Shown: positions 49,471 through 62,769, counted from the first letter of the stretch. The stretch: 64,000 nt of DNA from Moniliella sp. 'wahieum' (GCA_003971905.1 RSEE01000012.1:1-64000); one strand, 5' to 3'. A program made the numbers and translations. Notes: a model not told the origin generated them from the letters alone.

Positions 49471-49851
49471 CTCGTCGCTCTCCGTTTCACTCTGCACGGG
49501 CGCGTCGAGGTCAAAGGTGCCGTCGAGGAACTGGAGCGCGCGCTGGTACGCGAGCAGCAGACGCGCCGGGGGCTTCTTGGGCGGGGCAGCGAGGAAAGCC
49601 TGGATCTGGGCACGGTCCAAGGGCCAGACCTGGGTCTTGGCAACCAAGCCGTACTCGTTGTCGGGGATGAAGCGGACGGTGTACGCGTGGTTGGCGTGGC
49701 CGAGCGCGGCGCGGATGTGGGGGGGCGCGTGGGCCGAGTTGGTGACGAGCGCGGGCCAGCGGCTGTACCCAGGCATGCGGGCCAGGACGAGGTCGTTGAG
49801 CTCCGGGGGCGGGGCCGACGACACGCGCGGCTTCTTGCTCCTGGGCGGCAT
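48950..49851 (-). CDS. PWWP-domain chromatin protein
   Basis: NDLVLARMPGYSRWPALV...YTVRFIPDNEYG...LLLAYQRAL, acidic tract, then an IBD/TFIIS-N-like helical C-terminus (SKIIKVLKKV). Confidence 0.85.
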
Positions 49852-50647
49852 GGCGAGTGCGGGGTGCGTGTGGCCGAGAGGTGGTGGAGGGGGGCTCACG
49901 CGCTCACGTAGCGTGCGACGGCCTGTTGCTCCCCCGAGGCGCGTGCCACGCCCAGCCCAGCACGCCCCCACACTTGCCCCGTGCTCCCGGTGCCCCCTCC
50001 CACACGTGACTGCGCCCGACGCGCTGCCCCCGCGCTGCCAGCCTCGCCGTCTTCGGTGCAACCGGACGCGACTCACCGGTCACCGGTCACCCGTCATCCG
50101 CGTTACCAGGGATCGCGATCATCCATCGATCATCCATCAAACCCAAGGATGTGTCACGTGCCCGGCACTGCCTCCTCCTTGGGCGTCACTGCGTTTGGCT
50201 TGGCTATCGTCTTGCACATCGCTTGCCTGTATTGGCGTGCAAGTGTGCGTGGCTTGTGGCGCTTCCGACCCACCCGTTCTTCTGATAGATGGTGATCGAT
50301 CCACCCCTGGGCCTGCCTCCACCTTCATGTGAAGATTCATCAACCGTGGCACGTCGAGAATCAGGGTGCAAAGACTATGGAATGGATGTAGTGCACGTAC
50401 AGGTGGATGGACCGATGGACAGATGGACCGATCGACCGATCGACCGATCGACAGATGGGGGATGAATGGATGGATGGCCATTGGAAATGCACACAAGAGC
50501 AGCAAAAATCGGATAAACAAAAAGCGATCAGAGTGAAATAGTGGAGGTCGTAACGTCGAAGCAAAAAGTGGGTGGGGGCGACAGGGCCTTTTCGAGGGGT
50601 ACCGGAGCCGCCCGGTCGAGCAGGGCGGAGCGGCCAACACTTAGCAC

Positions 50648-53600
50648 TTAGCGACGCCGCCCGGCAAGCGGCGAGGGTGACGGGGAGTTTTCCGTCGAAA
50701 AGCCCGGCAGGCGCGACGGGGTCTTAGTAGGGCTTGCGCGTGCGCTGGTCGGCGACACGCTGCGCGGGAGTGAGAAGCTAGTGTTAGCACGTTGCGACGA
50801 GGCAGGCGGCGAGACGCTCGGCTTAGTATTTGGTGTCGTTCCCCGCACAACACTTCCCTCTTCCCGCCCACATGCGGGCTGGAGCGCAACCGAGCCAAGT
50901 CTTGCTCGATCGTCTTGCGTGGCCGGATCTTCTTGCCGGCCTCGCTGTTGGGGTGCAGCGGGAGCGGTTCGGGCTGGGTGTAGAGCCAGTGTCCTGGCCG
51001 CCGCGACGAGGTAGGTGCAGGCGTCGTAGACACAGACCGGGAAGGGGTCTCGATCGACGGCACTTTGACCCCGCTGTCGGTCCGAGCGGACTTGGTAGGT
51101 GTCTGGGGCACGGAAGGAAGCGCCACACTGTCCATTGAGGGTGTGGGCTCAAGGACCTGTCTGATCGCATCCAGCGTTGCTGCTTCGCCCCCCGCCGAGG
51201 CTGAGAGGAGGCGGAGGATGAGATCGTGCTGGGTCTTGAGCTTGCCCTTCCACCTCTCCACCGCCCCTTCGAGCTGGGAGATGACCACTTGTTGCTCCGA
51301 CACGGTGCATGTCAAGCTGTCCACTTGGATGTGCGCATCGCTCAATGCGATCGTCATCTCGGGCGCCGGCTCTTGTCGGCGGAGAGAAAGAAGTCGCTCC
51401 AGCTCCTTGACGCGGGCAACAAGTGTAGCGCACTCGTCCTTACTCGCTTGCAGTGCCAGGGTGAGCTGCTGCTCGGTTGCCGCCGGGGTGCCTTGGCCCT
51501 TGTCTTGCTCCAGCTGCGCAAGCTGGCTTTGCAGAGAAGCCACTTGGGCCAAAAGCTGATCTGCCTCGCCACGCGCCCGATCCAGCTCGGCGGCACCCTC
51601 GACCCGATCCTTCTGGCTCTGGGCAAGGCGATCCTGGAGCTGTTGCCGCTCCTGGCGGTCCTGCTCCAACTGGGCCAAGGCCTCCGTCAAACGGTCCGCC
51701 TGGGCTTCGGTCGCCTCCCTCTCGGCGGCAGTAGGCACTTGAGGACGCAATTGGTTCAGTTCCATCACGACCGAGTTGACCAAGCGCTGCATTTCTTCTT
51801 GCATTTTCTTCGTCTCGGCAAGTTGGTGCTGGTCTTGGTGTGTTCGTCGAGGGCTTGGGAGAGAGCCTGCTCAGCGAGAGCCTGCGCATGCTGCGCTTGC
51901 TGCGCCTCGGCGCGCACCGCCTCGAGCCCAGCAAGAGCCTGGTCTTTCTGCTTGTCCGCCTCCTCGCGCGCCTGCAGCGCCAAGTTGAGGATCCGTTCCT
52001 GTTCCTTGGCGGCAAATTGGTTGGCTTCCTCGTTGCTCTGCCGTTCGGCCTTGAGCGCCTCGTGGGCGCTCATGGCCAACTCGGTGAGACGCGACGCATC
52101 GTTCCGAGCCTCCTCGGCTTCCTCCTGCGCCGCCTGGAGAGCAGCGTTAGCGTCTTCCAACTGGGTGGTCAGAGCGAGAGTGCGCTCCTCTTTTGCCTCC
52201 TGCTCCGTTCCGACACGCTCCTGCTCACGCCGCAGGTCTTGCGTCTCCTTCTGCGCTTGGGCCACCGCACTTTCGGCTTGGAGGAGCTTGTCCTGGGCCT
52301 GGGCCAATTCGGCACGGAGGGCTTGCGCGTCGGAACGCAGCGTAGCAGCTTCCTCGGTAAGCGAAGCCAGTTCCTTTTTGGCCTCTTGCTCGCGCCGCGC
52401 AGCAGCGGCCTCCTTCATGCAATCGGCCAGCTCGGTCTGGACCGCGACCAGTTCCTCCTGGGCGTGCGCCAGAGCCTTGTCCGCCTCAGCCTGGGCTTGC
52501 TCCAAGGTTGTCGCCGCGTCCTTCTGACATTGTTCGAGCTTCTGCTGTGCCTCCTCCTGGGCAAGGCACAAGGCTTGTTGCGCATCTTGTCTCGCCGCTG
52601 CCAGCGCGTGTTCCGCTTCGTCTCGAGCGAGCTGGAGCGAGGTTTGGGCCTCTTCTTTGACCTGGTCCAGCGCCTTATCGGCCTCTTCCCGAGCGAGCAC
52701 GGCTGCACTCGAAGTTTGGTCCACCGCGTCGATGCGCTCCTGGGCCTGTGGGTAGCGCGCCTCACCTCCTGTTCCGCCTCGAGCTTGGCTTGCCGCACGC
52801 GTTCCTCCCCTTCTTGTCTAGCCTGGGCCTGGGCTTCGTCGGCCTGCTGCTGCGCGAGGTCCAACGCGTGCGAGCATCTTGCTGCGCGTGCAAAAGGGAG
52901 CAGCCGCTTGCTCCTTAGCCTCTGCCAAGAGTCTCTCGGCCTCGTCCTTGGCGCTGGCAGCTTGCTCCTGGGCTTGGCGCAGTTGCTCCTGTGCGTGCAT
53001 GGCGCGTTGTTCGGCATCCTGGAGCCGTTGGAGCGTAGCTGCTTCAGCCGCTTTCGCACTTGCTTTCGCCGCCTCAGCCTGGTCCACTTGGGCCGTCGCT
53101 GCGTCCAACGCGCGACGCAGCTTGGCCAGTTCGCGCTCCGAGGCAATACGTCGGCTTGGCTGGGCGGGGACGAAGCTTGTCTCTCGGCGGCGGGCGGGAA
53201 ATCGGTGAGGCGACCCCGTCGGACCCGAACGGGACTGGCGGGGGGCAAGCGCGTTCAGCAGCGACGGATTGGGAAGTAAGAAAGAGGGTGGTGAGGTGGG
53301 TGATTTGGGAACGCAGTTCGTCCCGTTTGGCTTGCATTGTGGCCATTTCCGGGTCGGCGTCGGATGAGGTGGCGGTAAGCGGAGCATGGATCCTTCGCCC
53401 TGGGCCAGTTGGGAACGTAAGGTGGCCAGCTCAGCACGGTACTTGAGCATGAGCGCACGGTCCATCACGACGCCGCGTTGGGCCGATGTGCGCACCAGGC
53501 TGCAGCGCCGACCAAACTTGAGCGTCGACAGGGACTCGGTCGCGTGTCGTTCGTCGGGTGAGACGGTACAGATGACAGCGACGCGGGCGTTGCCGCTCAA

Positions 53601-54939
53601 GCTGGTTTGGAGCAACCGGGTCAACTTTGAGTCGCGGTAAGGAATGTGCACGTCGGAATTGTCTTCGGCCACCGAGCTTGGAAATGACAGTGCCCAATGT
53701 CAAAAGAGATTTGTTGATCTGCATCTCTTGGTGTCAGCGGGAAACGAAAGATGGGCAGGAGATGGTTAGAGGGAGGGGGGGACGTACAAAGGCACCTTCT
53801 TTCCTCCGTGTCTTTTCGCTCGCCGCCCGCTCGCTGCCGGCCAAATCAATCAGGTTGAGTTGGGAGATGCGTGTTTCGGCTGCAGTGGCTTGAGAAGACA
53901 GGTCGGTGTCCTCCGAGGTGCGGCCACGCGACTCGATGGTAATTTGGAACACACAGTGAGAGCGAGACGACCGTTCGTTCCAGTCGGTCGCGCCTACGTG
54001 ACGCATCCGCTGACCGTCTTCCAGCAGACGAAGTACGTCACTAGGGGAAGTAACGATTTCCTCACGGATGCCCGTGAGGACAATGCGGCCCTTGGCCTGG
54101 TCTTCAATGATGCGAATGGCGTTGGATGAAGGGGAAGGGGTGTATCCCCCCTTGGTGGGAGACGACGGACGCGGGGCCACGCTTTTGCGTGCAGCAGCCG
54201 GAGGGGCGACGGGCGCAGCAGGTTCTTTGCTAGGCAAAGCCGCCAACAGATCCTTCAAGGTCTCATTGTAGATTTCGAGGTAGGAGACGCGCAACAGATA
54301 TTCCCTCTCGGTGTCCTGCGTCGTGTCAGTACTTCGCACCAAGGAGAAGGAAAGAGGGGAGACGTACGCTTTCGATCTGGTCAAAGATTTCCTCGACGGC
54401 GCGCGGAATGACGCCCATCTCGTCGGGAGATCCGGACATGGTGTGGGTCTTTCCGCTGCCAGTTTGGCCATAGGCAAAGACGGTGGCGTTGAACCCGTCG
54501 GCGCAGCGCGCGCAATGGGAGCGATGTTGGTCGCGTACAGGTCCTGGCTGGTCATGTCGGGGGTGCAGAGCGTGTCGAAGCGGAAGGTATAGAGCTCAGG
54601 GTTGGCCTGGAGGGTGCCGTCATCGGCATCGTTGGACGAGGCGCCGCGGCGGGAGATGGCGGGGTGGGCGTCGGTGGCGCGGATGAGGTTGGTGGACTGG
54701 TCGAGGTGCCAGCAGGCGGGGTGGGGGTCGGTGCCGGGGCGCACGCGGACACAGACGACAACGTTCTGGGCGGCTTCGGTGGAGGTGGGGGTAGGGACGG
54801 AGGTAGGGACGGGGGCAGGGGTTGGGGCAGAGGCAGGGACAGGGCAGGGCAGGGGCCGGGGCGGGGGCGGGGCGGGGGCAATGGTGCCGCGCTTGGCCTT
54901 CTTGCCCGAGGGGGACTTGGCCGAGGCTCGGACGACCAT
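50648..54939 (-). CDS. Kinesin motor protein (kinesin-7/CENP-E/Kip2-like) with long coiled-coil tail
   Basis: [22 protein letters not shown]-loop (frameshifted), [68 protein letters not shown]-rich heptad tail; introns near 54313-54367, 53720-53785 and 50761-50850. Confidence 0.93.
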
Positions 54940-55282
54940 GGCCGCGGGGGTTAAAGGTGGTGGGGATGGGGGTGGGGACGGTGGGGACGGTGGTGGCGGT
55001 GGTGGTGGCGGTGGCGGGTGTGGTGTTGCTGCAAGAGGCAGTTGCTGGGGCGTGGGCAGGAGGTGAGGATGGTGGATGGCGTGGTGGGTTGCATTTGCTT
55101 GGGTGGGCATCACTGGTCGCCTCACTGACGGCTTGCAGGTGGCTACGGGCAAGTCACGCGTCACCCACTGGCTTGACCGCTGCGACTCAACATCTACGCC
55201 CCCAACCGACACCCCCATGAGGACTCTGTACTGAGTCCGAGTATAAATTTGAACGGTGATCGCCATAATATTGCCCCTAGGC

Positions 55283-58200
55283 CTACTTGCGCTCCTTGAC
55301 AAACAGCACGAGCCACACCAGGCTCAGGCGGTCCACGCGGCAAACTGCAGCAGCAGTGTGCCCACGTCGGGCCACCAGAACGCCTGCGCATCGAACCCAA
55401 AGCTCGAGATGATCGATGCCGCCGGCACGTCAATGTCGATCCCGTACTTGTGCTCCTTGAGCGTCAGCTTGCGCAGCTCGTTGACGATCAGCGCCTCGTA
55501 CGCCGCATGGAAGAAGGACAGGTGCTGGAGCCACTGCAGTCCGCGTGGGATCCGGTCCCGGTTGATCAGCAGACCCGCAAACAGCAGCGAGAAGAGCATC
55601 GACAAGGAGCCCACCAGGTTGGCCACCGCCGCATCTTTGATTGACAACGAGATGAACAGCACCAAGCTGCTCGCTGCCAGGCTAAACAGTACCAGCACAA
55701 ACACAAACTTCCAGAACGCCTCCACTTCCGCAATCAGCCCCACCGGGTACACAATGCTGCCCAGGATAAAGGGCGGAATGACACGCAGCGGCAGAAGTCA
55801 AATAGCAGCTTGGCCGTAAAGTACGTCACGGGCGAATAGTACCCGTTGCTGCGTTCCTTGATGTACAGCGCACGTTCACTCGCAAACAGCGAGAGCGACG
55901 TGAGCGTAGAGAAGCCCAGCAGGGCCAGAATAAAGAAAAAGAGTCCCAGCCGGTTCTGAAAGCCGGAAATGTCAAGCGTCAGGCCGTGGTACAGCACACT
56001 GCAAAACACAGCGAGCATGCCTGCCATAATGTAATGCGCCAGCATCAGCATCGGGTTGCGGTACAGGTTCTTAAATGCGCGTCCACTCAGAATGGTAAAC
56101 TGCGTCCAAAGGGAGGCCTTCTTGTACCCCTTCAGCCGCTCGTTGGACGAAAAGCTCGATCCAGGGGCGGTCTCCACGTCCCCGCCGGCCGCGGCGGCCT
56201 CGGTCTGCTCGTACGCTTCGGCCAGCTGACGGTTGAGATCGGAAGCGGTCCATTGGCAATCAGCTGCGCCAAAGGTCAGGCAACGGCGCTTGGATCCGCA
56301 CCCCGCTCCATCCTAGCCAGCGCGACGAGGTGGAAATGAGGCTGAGCGTGGAAGCGTTGGGCAAGGCGAGGGCGCCTCCTCCACCGCAATGGGTGGAAGG
56401 GTGCGCAGACTGGCCGCGCCAGAATCCGAGGCTGGACGGGGCGGGTCGGAGCTAGTCACGTCGGTGGGCGAAACCGATTCGAACCGGCTTGCATCCGAAT
56501 TTTTCAGGGCAGTCAAGTCGATCAGGTAGTCAGCCACGTTGAACCCGCGGGGACAGAGGTGGCCGAGCGAAGCAAAGTAGTCAACGACTTGGTTGAAGGG
56601 CCCGAGTACACGGTCCGACCGGCGGCAAGCAACAGGAGCTGGTCAAACAAGTTGATAATGTTGGATCGAGGCTGATGATGGTGAAGATCACGGTGCGCTT
56701 GTACGTCTTGGCGAGCGATGATAGCGACTCGATCACCAAGCGCATTGTACCCGTCCAATCCCGACGTTGGCTCGTCCAGCATCAACACGCTGGGCGAGGT
56801 GACCAATTCGCACGCAATGCTGACCCGGCGCTTTTCCCCACCCGAGATACCTCGGGCACCCGGGTGACCAATGAAGGAATCCTTGATCCCGAGGATGCCC
56901 AGCTCTTCGAGCGTCTCGAGGGTGCGGAACTTTTTGGCGTCGAGACTCATGTCCCTTGGCAGACGAAGGATGGCCGAGTACAAAACCGTCTCATACACGG
57001 TCAATGTGGGCATGAGCGTTTCCTCTTGGTCCACATACCCCGTGACATGCTTGAATTCGTGGTCGGACACTTGCGGCCATTGACAAGCACTTGCCCGCGT
57101 GGGTACCCACGCTTGTTCCGTCGTGCCAGAAGGTCAAGCACGTGCTCTTCCCCGAGCCAGACTGGCCAATGATGGCCAACAGTTCGCCGGGCCGTACCGT
57201 TCCAGACGCCGTCCAGGATGGTGCGAGAGCCGAGGTCGTAGCCCATATTGTGAAATTGAATCGTGGTTGGGACATGTTCAGCCATCAGGCGTGCACTTTC
57301 CTCGGCGGGCAACCGACACCAGCCGGAGTGGCCGCATCAAACTTATCTGCGCTTCCAAGGAAGTAGACAATGGCCGAGATGAACGCAACAAACAGGATCG
57401 CGCCGCCGGCCGAGAAATGAGCCAAAAGGTACTCCGCTTAGGTGGGGCGGGGGCCTGGAAGCCGGGGACCTCAGAGTAGTGCACGCATTCTCCGGATTCG
57501 CAAGTGAGAAAGATGGCCGGGTCGCCAAAAATGGACGAGATGAGCTGGTTCATGGCAGGTTCGAGGAACGGCAGTTGCGCTCGGGCAAGCCGGTAGCCGG
57601 GTTGGTCGCAGAACAGGCCATCTTGGCCGGTCCCTTGATCTCCTCAGTGAGGAACTCACCAATGTCTACCGAACCATTCTCCCCACACAGCATCGGTCCG
57701 GAATGCAAGAGCACTCGGCCGTCTTGCACTCATACTCGGTCAGGTTGGTGGCGGGGTTGGTGTGTTCCTGGCACTGATCCAGACCGCAATAGAAGGACTC
57801 TTTCCCGCCAATCCAGAACTAGTCAGAGGGAGACAAGATCGGGACACAGATGGGGATGGGTTAGTCGGGAATCCAAAGGGGAAGGTAGTTGCTAAAACAG
57901 ACGAGGAGCAGAGAACGTACCTGAAAGTTGCACTGTTCATCGGCCTTGTCGCACGAAAAGGTAACTTGAGGCGGGCGGCCGGGAGCAATTCGGTGATCTT
58001 TTTTGTGCTGACGTTGCACTGTTGGAAGGAGCGGCGGATGGTCTGGCCGCCGGTATAGCACGTCCCGTTCTCGCCCAGCCGGTCGCCGCCAAGACGGATA
58101 TTGGCACAGGCGTTGTCTGCGCGACACAGGTTGCAGTTGAGGCCCTCCCAGTCGTCGTCGCAGTCGCACTGGGCCTGGTCGTCGGGGCGAGGGAAGCGCT

Positions 58201-58523
58201 GGAGGCCGCGGGCGGGGCTGCCGCACAGCGGCGAGAGGCAGTCTACGCCGCCAAAGCCCGTGGGGCAGGAGCAGGCGCCGTCGAATGCGCTGCACTCGCC
58301 AAACTGGGCACAGCTGAAGGCGGCAGGAGGCAGTTGAAACACGTGGGCTCGGGGCACTGGGGGCAGCCGGGCGGGCGCGGGGCGAGGAGGGCAGGGGCGA
58401 GCTCGTAGGCGCGGGCGGAGGGGGGCGGTGGCGGTGGTGGTGGCGGGGGCGCGGCGAGGGCGAGGGCGAGGGAGACGGCGGCGGCGGCGGCGGCGCGAGT
58501 GTGCCGGCAAGCGAGCGCAGCAT
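55283..58523 (-). CDS. ADP1: ADP1-like ABCG half transporter with N-terminal EGF-like domain
   Basis: [31 protein letters not shown], Walker [28 protein letters not shown], signature [57 protein letters not shown], ends LFVKERK. Confidence 0.95.
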
Positions 58524-58634
58524 GGCCGAGGGCGGGTGGGGGGAGGCAGCAGGCGGTCTGTGGGTTGCTACTTACTGATGGGCGATCCGCAATCGAGGCA
58601 ACCCAATCGAAATCACGATCAGCCACCGCCATGT

Positions 58635-58703
58635 CACGTGCGCCTGGCTTATCGATCGGCCCGCTTCAGTTTCAAATGCATCGCACGTTCCACGTGCCAC
58701 GTG
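58635..58703. promoter_or_regulatory. Three CACGTG E-boxes in the ADP1/RPT5 divergent promoter
   Basis: CACGTG at 58635, 58691 and 58698 within the ~350-bp gap between the divergent ATGs. Confidence 0.35.
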
Positions 58704-58874
58704 CAACCACTCTGGACTCTGAACGTTCAACCTCCCACCCGCCCCCCGTTCCGCCCCCGCCGCATTCCGCCCCCGGCCAGCCTCCGGGCGCGGCCACAGG
58801 CTGACGACGCGTTGGCTTCTCCTTGCGCTCTTCGTCCGCTTGTGCCCCCGCCCCATCCCCCCCCCATCCCCACC

Positions 58875-60359
58875 ATGTCCCAGCCGCCGTCCGAGCAGCT
58901 CCCGCAGACCCCGCCAGCCGCCACCCCCGCTGCTGCTGCCCCCCCCCGACGCCGACGCCGACGTCGACATGGCCCCGCCCGCCGTGTCCGACGAGCAGGC
59001 TGCCGAGCAGCACGCCCAGCAGCAGGCCGAGGCCCGTGCCGCCATTCCCGAAGAGATCATGGCGGCCTCCGCCGACGATATCCAAATGTTCACCCCATGC
59101 TTGAAAACGAAGTCAAGATGCTGCGCTCAGACCACCTGCGCTTGGTGCCGAGCAGACGGTGATGAAGGAGCAGATCAAGGACAACACGGACAAGATCCAA
59201 ATGAACAAGGTTCTGCCCTACCTCGTGGGCAATGTGGTAGAGGTACGTTCTTTCCCACTCCCTGCTTGCCCGGTGCAGTGCCAACGTACTAACCATGTCC
59301 CCTTTGCTTGGTTGCAGATCCTCGACATTGACCCCGACGTTGACGAAGACGACCAAGAAGGCGGTGCTCAGACCAACCTCGACACGCAGCGCAAGGGCAA
59401 ATGCGCCGTGATCAAAACGTCGACTCGTCAAACCATCTTCCTCCCTCTCATTGGCCTCGTCCCGCCGGAGCAGTTGAGGCCAGGCGACCTGATTGGCGTC
59501 AACAAGGACTCGTACCTCATCCTCGACAAGTTGCCCGCCGAATTTGACTCGCGCGTGAAAGCGATGGAGGTGGACGAGCGCCCGACGGAGCAGTACACGG
59601 ACATTGGAGGTCTGGACAAGCAGATTGAAGAGCTGGTGGAAGCGATTGTGCTGCCCATGCAACAGGAGCAACGGTTCAAGAACCTGGGCATCAAGCCGCC
59701 CAAGGGCGCGCTCATGTACGGCCCGCCGGGAACGGGCAAGACGCTGTTGGCACGTGCATGTGCGGCCCAAACCAATGCGTGCTACCTCAAGCTGGCGGGC
59801 CCTTCGCTGGTACAGATGTTTATTGGATGGAGCCAAGCTGGTGCGGGACGCGTTTGAGCTGGCCAAGGAAAAGTCGCCTGCGATCATCTTTATTGATGAG
59901 ATTGATGCGATTGGCACAAAGCGGTTTGACTCGGACAAGTCGGGCGACCGGGAGGTGCAACGGACCATGTTGGAGCTGCTGAAACCAATTGGACGGGTTC
60001 AGTTCGGACGAGCGAATCAAGGTGATTGCAGCGACGAATCGGATTGACATTCTGGACCCTGCGCTGCTGCGGTCTGGACGTCTCGATCGGAAAATCGAGT
60101 TCCCACTGCCGAACGAAGAGGCGCGAGCGCACATTCTGCGCATCCATGCGCGCAAGATGGCTGTTGGGCCCGACGTGAATTACGAGGAGCTGGCGCGGAG
60201 CACGGATGAGTTCAATGGGCGCAGCTGAAGGCGGTGTGTGTGGAGGCGGGCATGATTGCGCTGCGGGAGGGAGCCAAGGAACTCAACCACGAGCACTTTT
60301 ACGGTGGCATTCTCGAGGTCCAGGCCAAGAAGACGAACGAGATGTACTACTTTAGCTGA
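58875..60359 (+). CDS. RPT5: 26S proteasome AAA-ATPase Rpt5 (subunit 6A)
   Basis: [46 protein letters not shown], Walker [16 protein letters not shown], Walker [47 protein letters not shown]; intron ~59243-59317. Confidence 0.98.
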
Positions 60360-60795
60360 TGCCATATCCTGCCGAAATCCATGTACTCTTGCTACCCAGC
60401 CTTGGCGGGACGTGAGATAACGTTTGTCGTGGCGGCGCCAAAAGGCAAGGAGGAGAGAGATAGCAACGAATGGATGTACGGATGGAGGAGAATGGCCTGT
60501 TGGGAGTGAGCTACCAACAGCGAGCGCCCTGGCTGTCTCGCTCACGTAATGCGTATCGCACCTGAGGGGGCTGGCGGCCAGACAAGGCTTGCGGCGCAGA
60601 ATATAAACAGGGGGGTCGGGGTTGGTGGTTCGGAGCACTCGCCAGGCCCGACCGGCCGCCGGTGCGCTTCTTCCGCAGAGCAACGGCGTCGCGGCCACCC
60701 GGACGTGCTCCCCCACCATCCTCCCGGCTCTTGGCTCTGCGCACCGCCATCTCGCCTCCCCCTCGCCCTCCGACCCGTCTGCCACGCATCCGCAC

Positions 60796-62769
60796 ATGCC
60801 CCCGCCCGCCCCTTTTTCCCGCCGCGCGCGCGCCACTGCTGGCTATACCCCCCTGCCCGACCTTGTCGCCGACGGCGAGGAGGCTGGCCCGCCGCCCGAC
60901 CCGTCTCGACCCTCGCTCGACGGCGCTTTGCCCGACCGTTTCCCCACGCTCGACACGGAAGGCACCAGTGTGGTTGCGTCGTCGGATGTGGCGTGGGTCA
61001 ACGATCCCGACCAGCTGCTGGCCTTTGTCCAGGCCGAGGTCCCGATCCTGCCTCCGCACTTTGGTCTGCGCATTGCGGTCCACCGCTCCCACCCGGCCGC
61101 GAGCGAGCTGCCCATGCCGTGGGACCGCCGACCGCGAGCGAACGTTACCCAGGCCTTGTCGCCCGAGACGGAAGTGTACGCGTTCACCCTGCCCCTGCCA
61201 GCTCAGGTGCAGATGCCTGTCCTGCAAGCCGAGCTGTCGCGCTCACCTCGCCCGCCTCGCCCGCCTCGCCCTGGTCCCGCGCCTCACCGATGGACCGATG
61301 GCGCGGTGGAGCGGTCGTACAAACCACCAATGAGCACGGTATGTGCCGTGGACGACTTGGTGCCTTGCTACCGCGCCGCTGTGTTCTTAGGTGACAGTGG
61401 CTTGACCTACGATCGTCGTCCAGGTGCCGGCCTTCGTATGTTGTCGCCCAACGCGAGTGTTTCCATTCGAGCGCGTGCGCCCACAGGCCAAGCCCCGGTC
61501 GGGATCCCATCCCACTTCGTGCGCCCCGTCCGCTCCGAGCGCTTGGAACCGGCAAAGCATGCGCGGTCTCCGTCCGCCGTGGGCGGCGGTACCCATGGTT
61601 CGGCACGAGACGGCTCCGGTGGTTCAGGGCACTTCGGGCACGTTGGGTGGCGAGACGCGCGAGGCAGAAGCCGTACCGGAACCGGAGCAAGATCCTATCG
61701 ATGTAACTGCAGGACTGCGGCGCGCGTTGAAACAGTTTGTTCAAAGTCCCACCCGGACAGCCAAGATTCTCCGCGCGGAGCATGTGCTGTATGGGTGGGA
61801 CTTGCATCAGCTGCGAGACCAGCTACAAGCCGTCTTGGACGATTCGCATCAGCTCGCCCGAGGCCGAAGCTGGATCGAGGAAGCGGCGCTGGAAGCGTCG
61901 GGGCGAGGGAGCGGCATGACGAGGACGAGGCTGAGGCCGATGCCGAGGCGCAAATGGGCCGAGGCGAGTATGTGCAAGTGTCGTATGCTCCGTTACCAGT
62001 ATGGTTTGACTTGCAAGTGCGTTCCACCTTGTCCCACACGCCTCTTTCCTTTCTTGATCCCGTCGTGCATGTGCTGCACCCCCTACCGACCCAGTTGGAA
62101 CGAGCCTTCGGCCGGACGTCGTTGGCCGTTTGGCGCGGCCGTCTTGTCTCCGGTCGCGCTCTTTGCCGGCCTGACCTTCGCCTCGTCTCCCTCGGACGCA
62201 GACAAGGCCACAGGGGACATCAACCTCCTCTTGGCCCGGGGCTGCTTTGTGCTGGCCGCGGTACTGTGTCTGTCGCGGTGCTGGCGTTCCTCGCACTAAG
62301 TTACATTTCCACTTCCGATACACTTGTCCTTGCCCACCCTTTGACCGCCTACCAACCCACCGGGATCGCAGCCGATGTGGCGCAAGCGGATGCGGCGCAC
62401 CAGCTCGCCCAAACCCATCTCTTTGGCCCGCCCCTGTCCAAGGCCGAGCAAGCGGCCAGCGGTACATTTTGTGCTTGATGAGGACGAGGACGAAGGAGGG
62501 TGCTGCTGCAGAGCAAGAAGAACAGGACAAGGATATACTAGGCGCTGTCCCAGATGCGGGAGACAGACGAGGAGAGGGTGCGTCGTCTGGCTCAGGAACT
62601 GATGCCACGCCTAGTGTGCTCGCCTACGCGCGGATGGCTGTTGCGCCATGGCGTAGAACAGGCCGAATGGCTGGCTGCGCACCGCACCCTCTTGGCCGAT
62701 GCGTTTCGGTACCGCTGGACCGGCGATGTGGGCGACAAACTGGAGGAGTACCGGCGGGATACGCAGTAA
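60796..62769 (+). CDS. Hypothetical fungal membrane protein
   Basis: Continuous coding-like sequence across frameshifts (NDPDQLLAFVQAE..PPHFGLRI; LKQFVQSP..KIL..HVLYGWDLHQL; two hydrophobic segments near 62100-62300). No named domain recognised. Confidence 0.6.

Noticed and set aside
44998..52527. Long antisense ORFs (e.g. 44998-46953, 48956-50332, 51226-52527)
   Set aside because: Shadow ORFs opposite GC-rich real genes, with no recognisable domains.
23800..58875. Ubiquitin-proteasome gene cluster with Rpn4/PACE sites
   Set aside because: PUP2 and RPT5 are about 34 kb apart among unrelated genes, and no full GGTGGCAAA was seen in either promoter.
24088..60359. Mass pseudogenisation or programmed frameshifting of PUP2, VPS10, RPT5 and ADP1
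   Set aside because: The indels are largely homopolymer-associated and motifs are intact in essential genes; sequencing error is far more parsimonious.
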